Assembly: GCA_025201805.1 (NCBI GenBank)
Contig: MU619237.1
Coordinates: forward strand, 209,237-273,236
Direction: 5' to 3'
Source of the DNA: Parasitella parasitica NRRL 2501
Taxonomy: Eukaryota > Fungi > Mucoromycota
DNA length: 64,000 bases
The translations under genes were made by a program, and so were the position numbers. Shown in pieces: positions 63,911-64,000 of this stretch. Under the pieces are notes generated by a model that saw nothing but the letters and a program-made list of their open reading frames with translations, had not been told where the DNA came from and did not search any database. Position 1 is the first letter of the stretch. Every line of letters starts with the position of its first letter.

Positions 63911-64000
63911 GAGATAATGTTAGTATCTTTCAGAAGAGTCAGAATTGTTACAGCTTCTTACCTGCAATATCTTTAAGTTGCTGACTCACCGGAGTGAGCA

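Overview
Intron-rich, AT-rich eukaryotic DNA that looks like a Mucorales (Mucor/Parasitella-like) fungal genome, judged from short introns, gene content and transposon types. The draft assembly has N gaps and very long homopolymers. About 20 genes can be read. In order: NOL10/ENP2, a peroxiredoxin-like protein, a small secreted protein, a KICSTOR subunit C12orf66/KICS2 homologue, a CSL transcription factor, a C2H2+PHD protein, SWR1, a bHLH-ZIP factor, RPL44/eL42, an RluA-type pseudouridine synthase, a two-RRM RBMS-like protein, an acyl-CoA carboxylase carboxyltransferase, Ku80, AMP deaminase, a syntaxin, a TGL2-like lipase, an SMYD protein, an F-box/LRR protein and a GPI-type metalloprotease-like protein. 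Tc1/mariner pieces lie at both window edges. The most unusual region is 30.4-35.6 kb. A modular GTGAAA repeat array sits directly upstream of a GC-AG-spliced gene for a two-zinc-finger protein whose C-terminal domain has motifs reminiscent of AAG/MPG DNA glycosylases. The unit occurs twice, in convergent inverted orientation (717 bp identical where compared), around a decayed LINE fragment. One array ends in a TA|CAGT transposon-like terminus. Other points of note are two apparent pseudoenzymes, a PTS2 signal on the carboxyltransferase and a DNA-PKcs-type tail on Ku80. All family calls come from motif recognition by eye; no database search was run.
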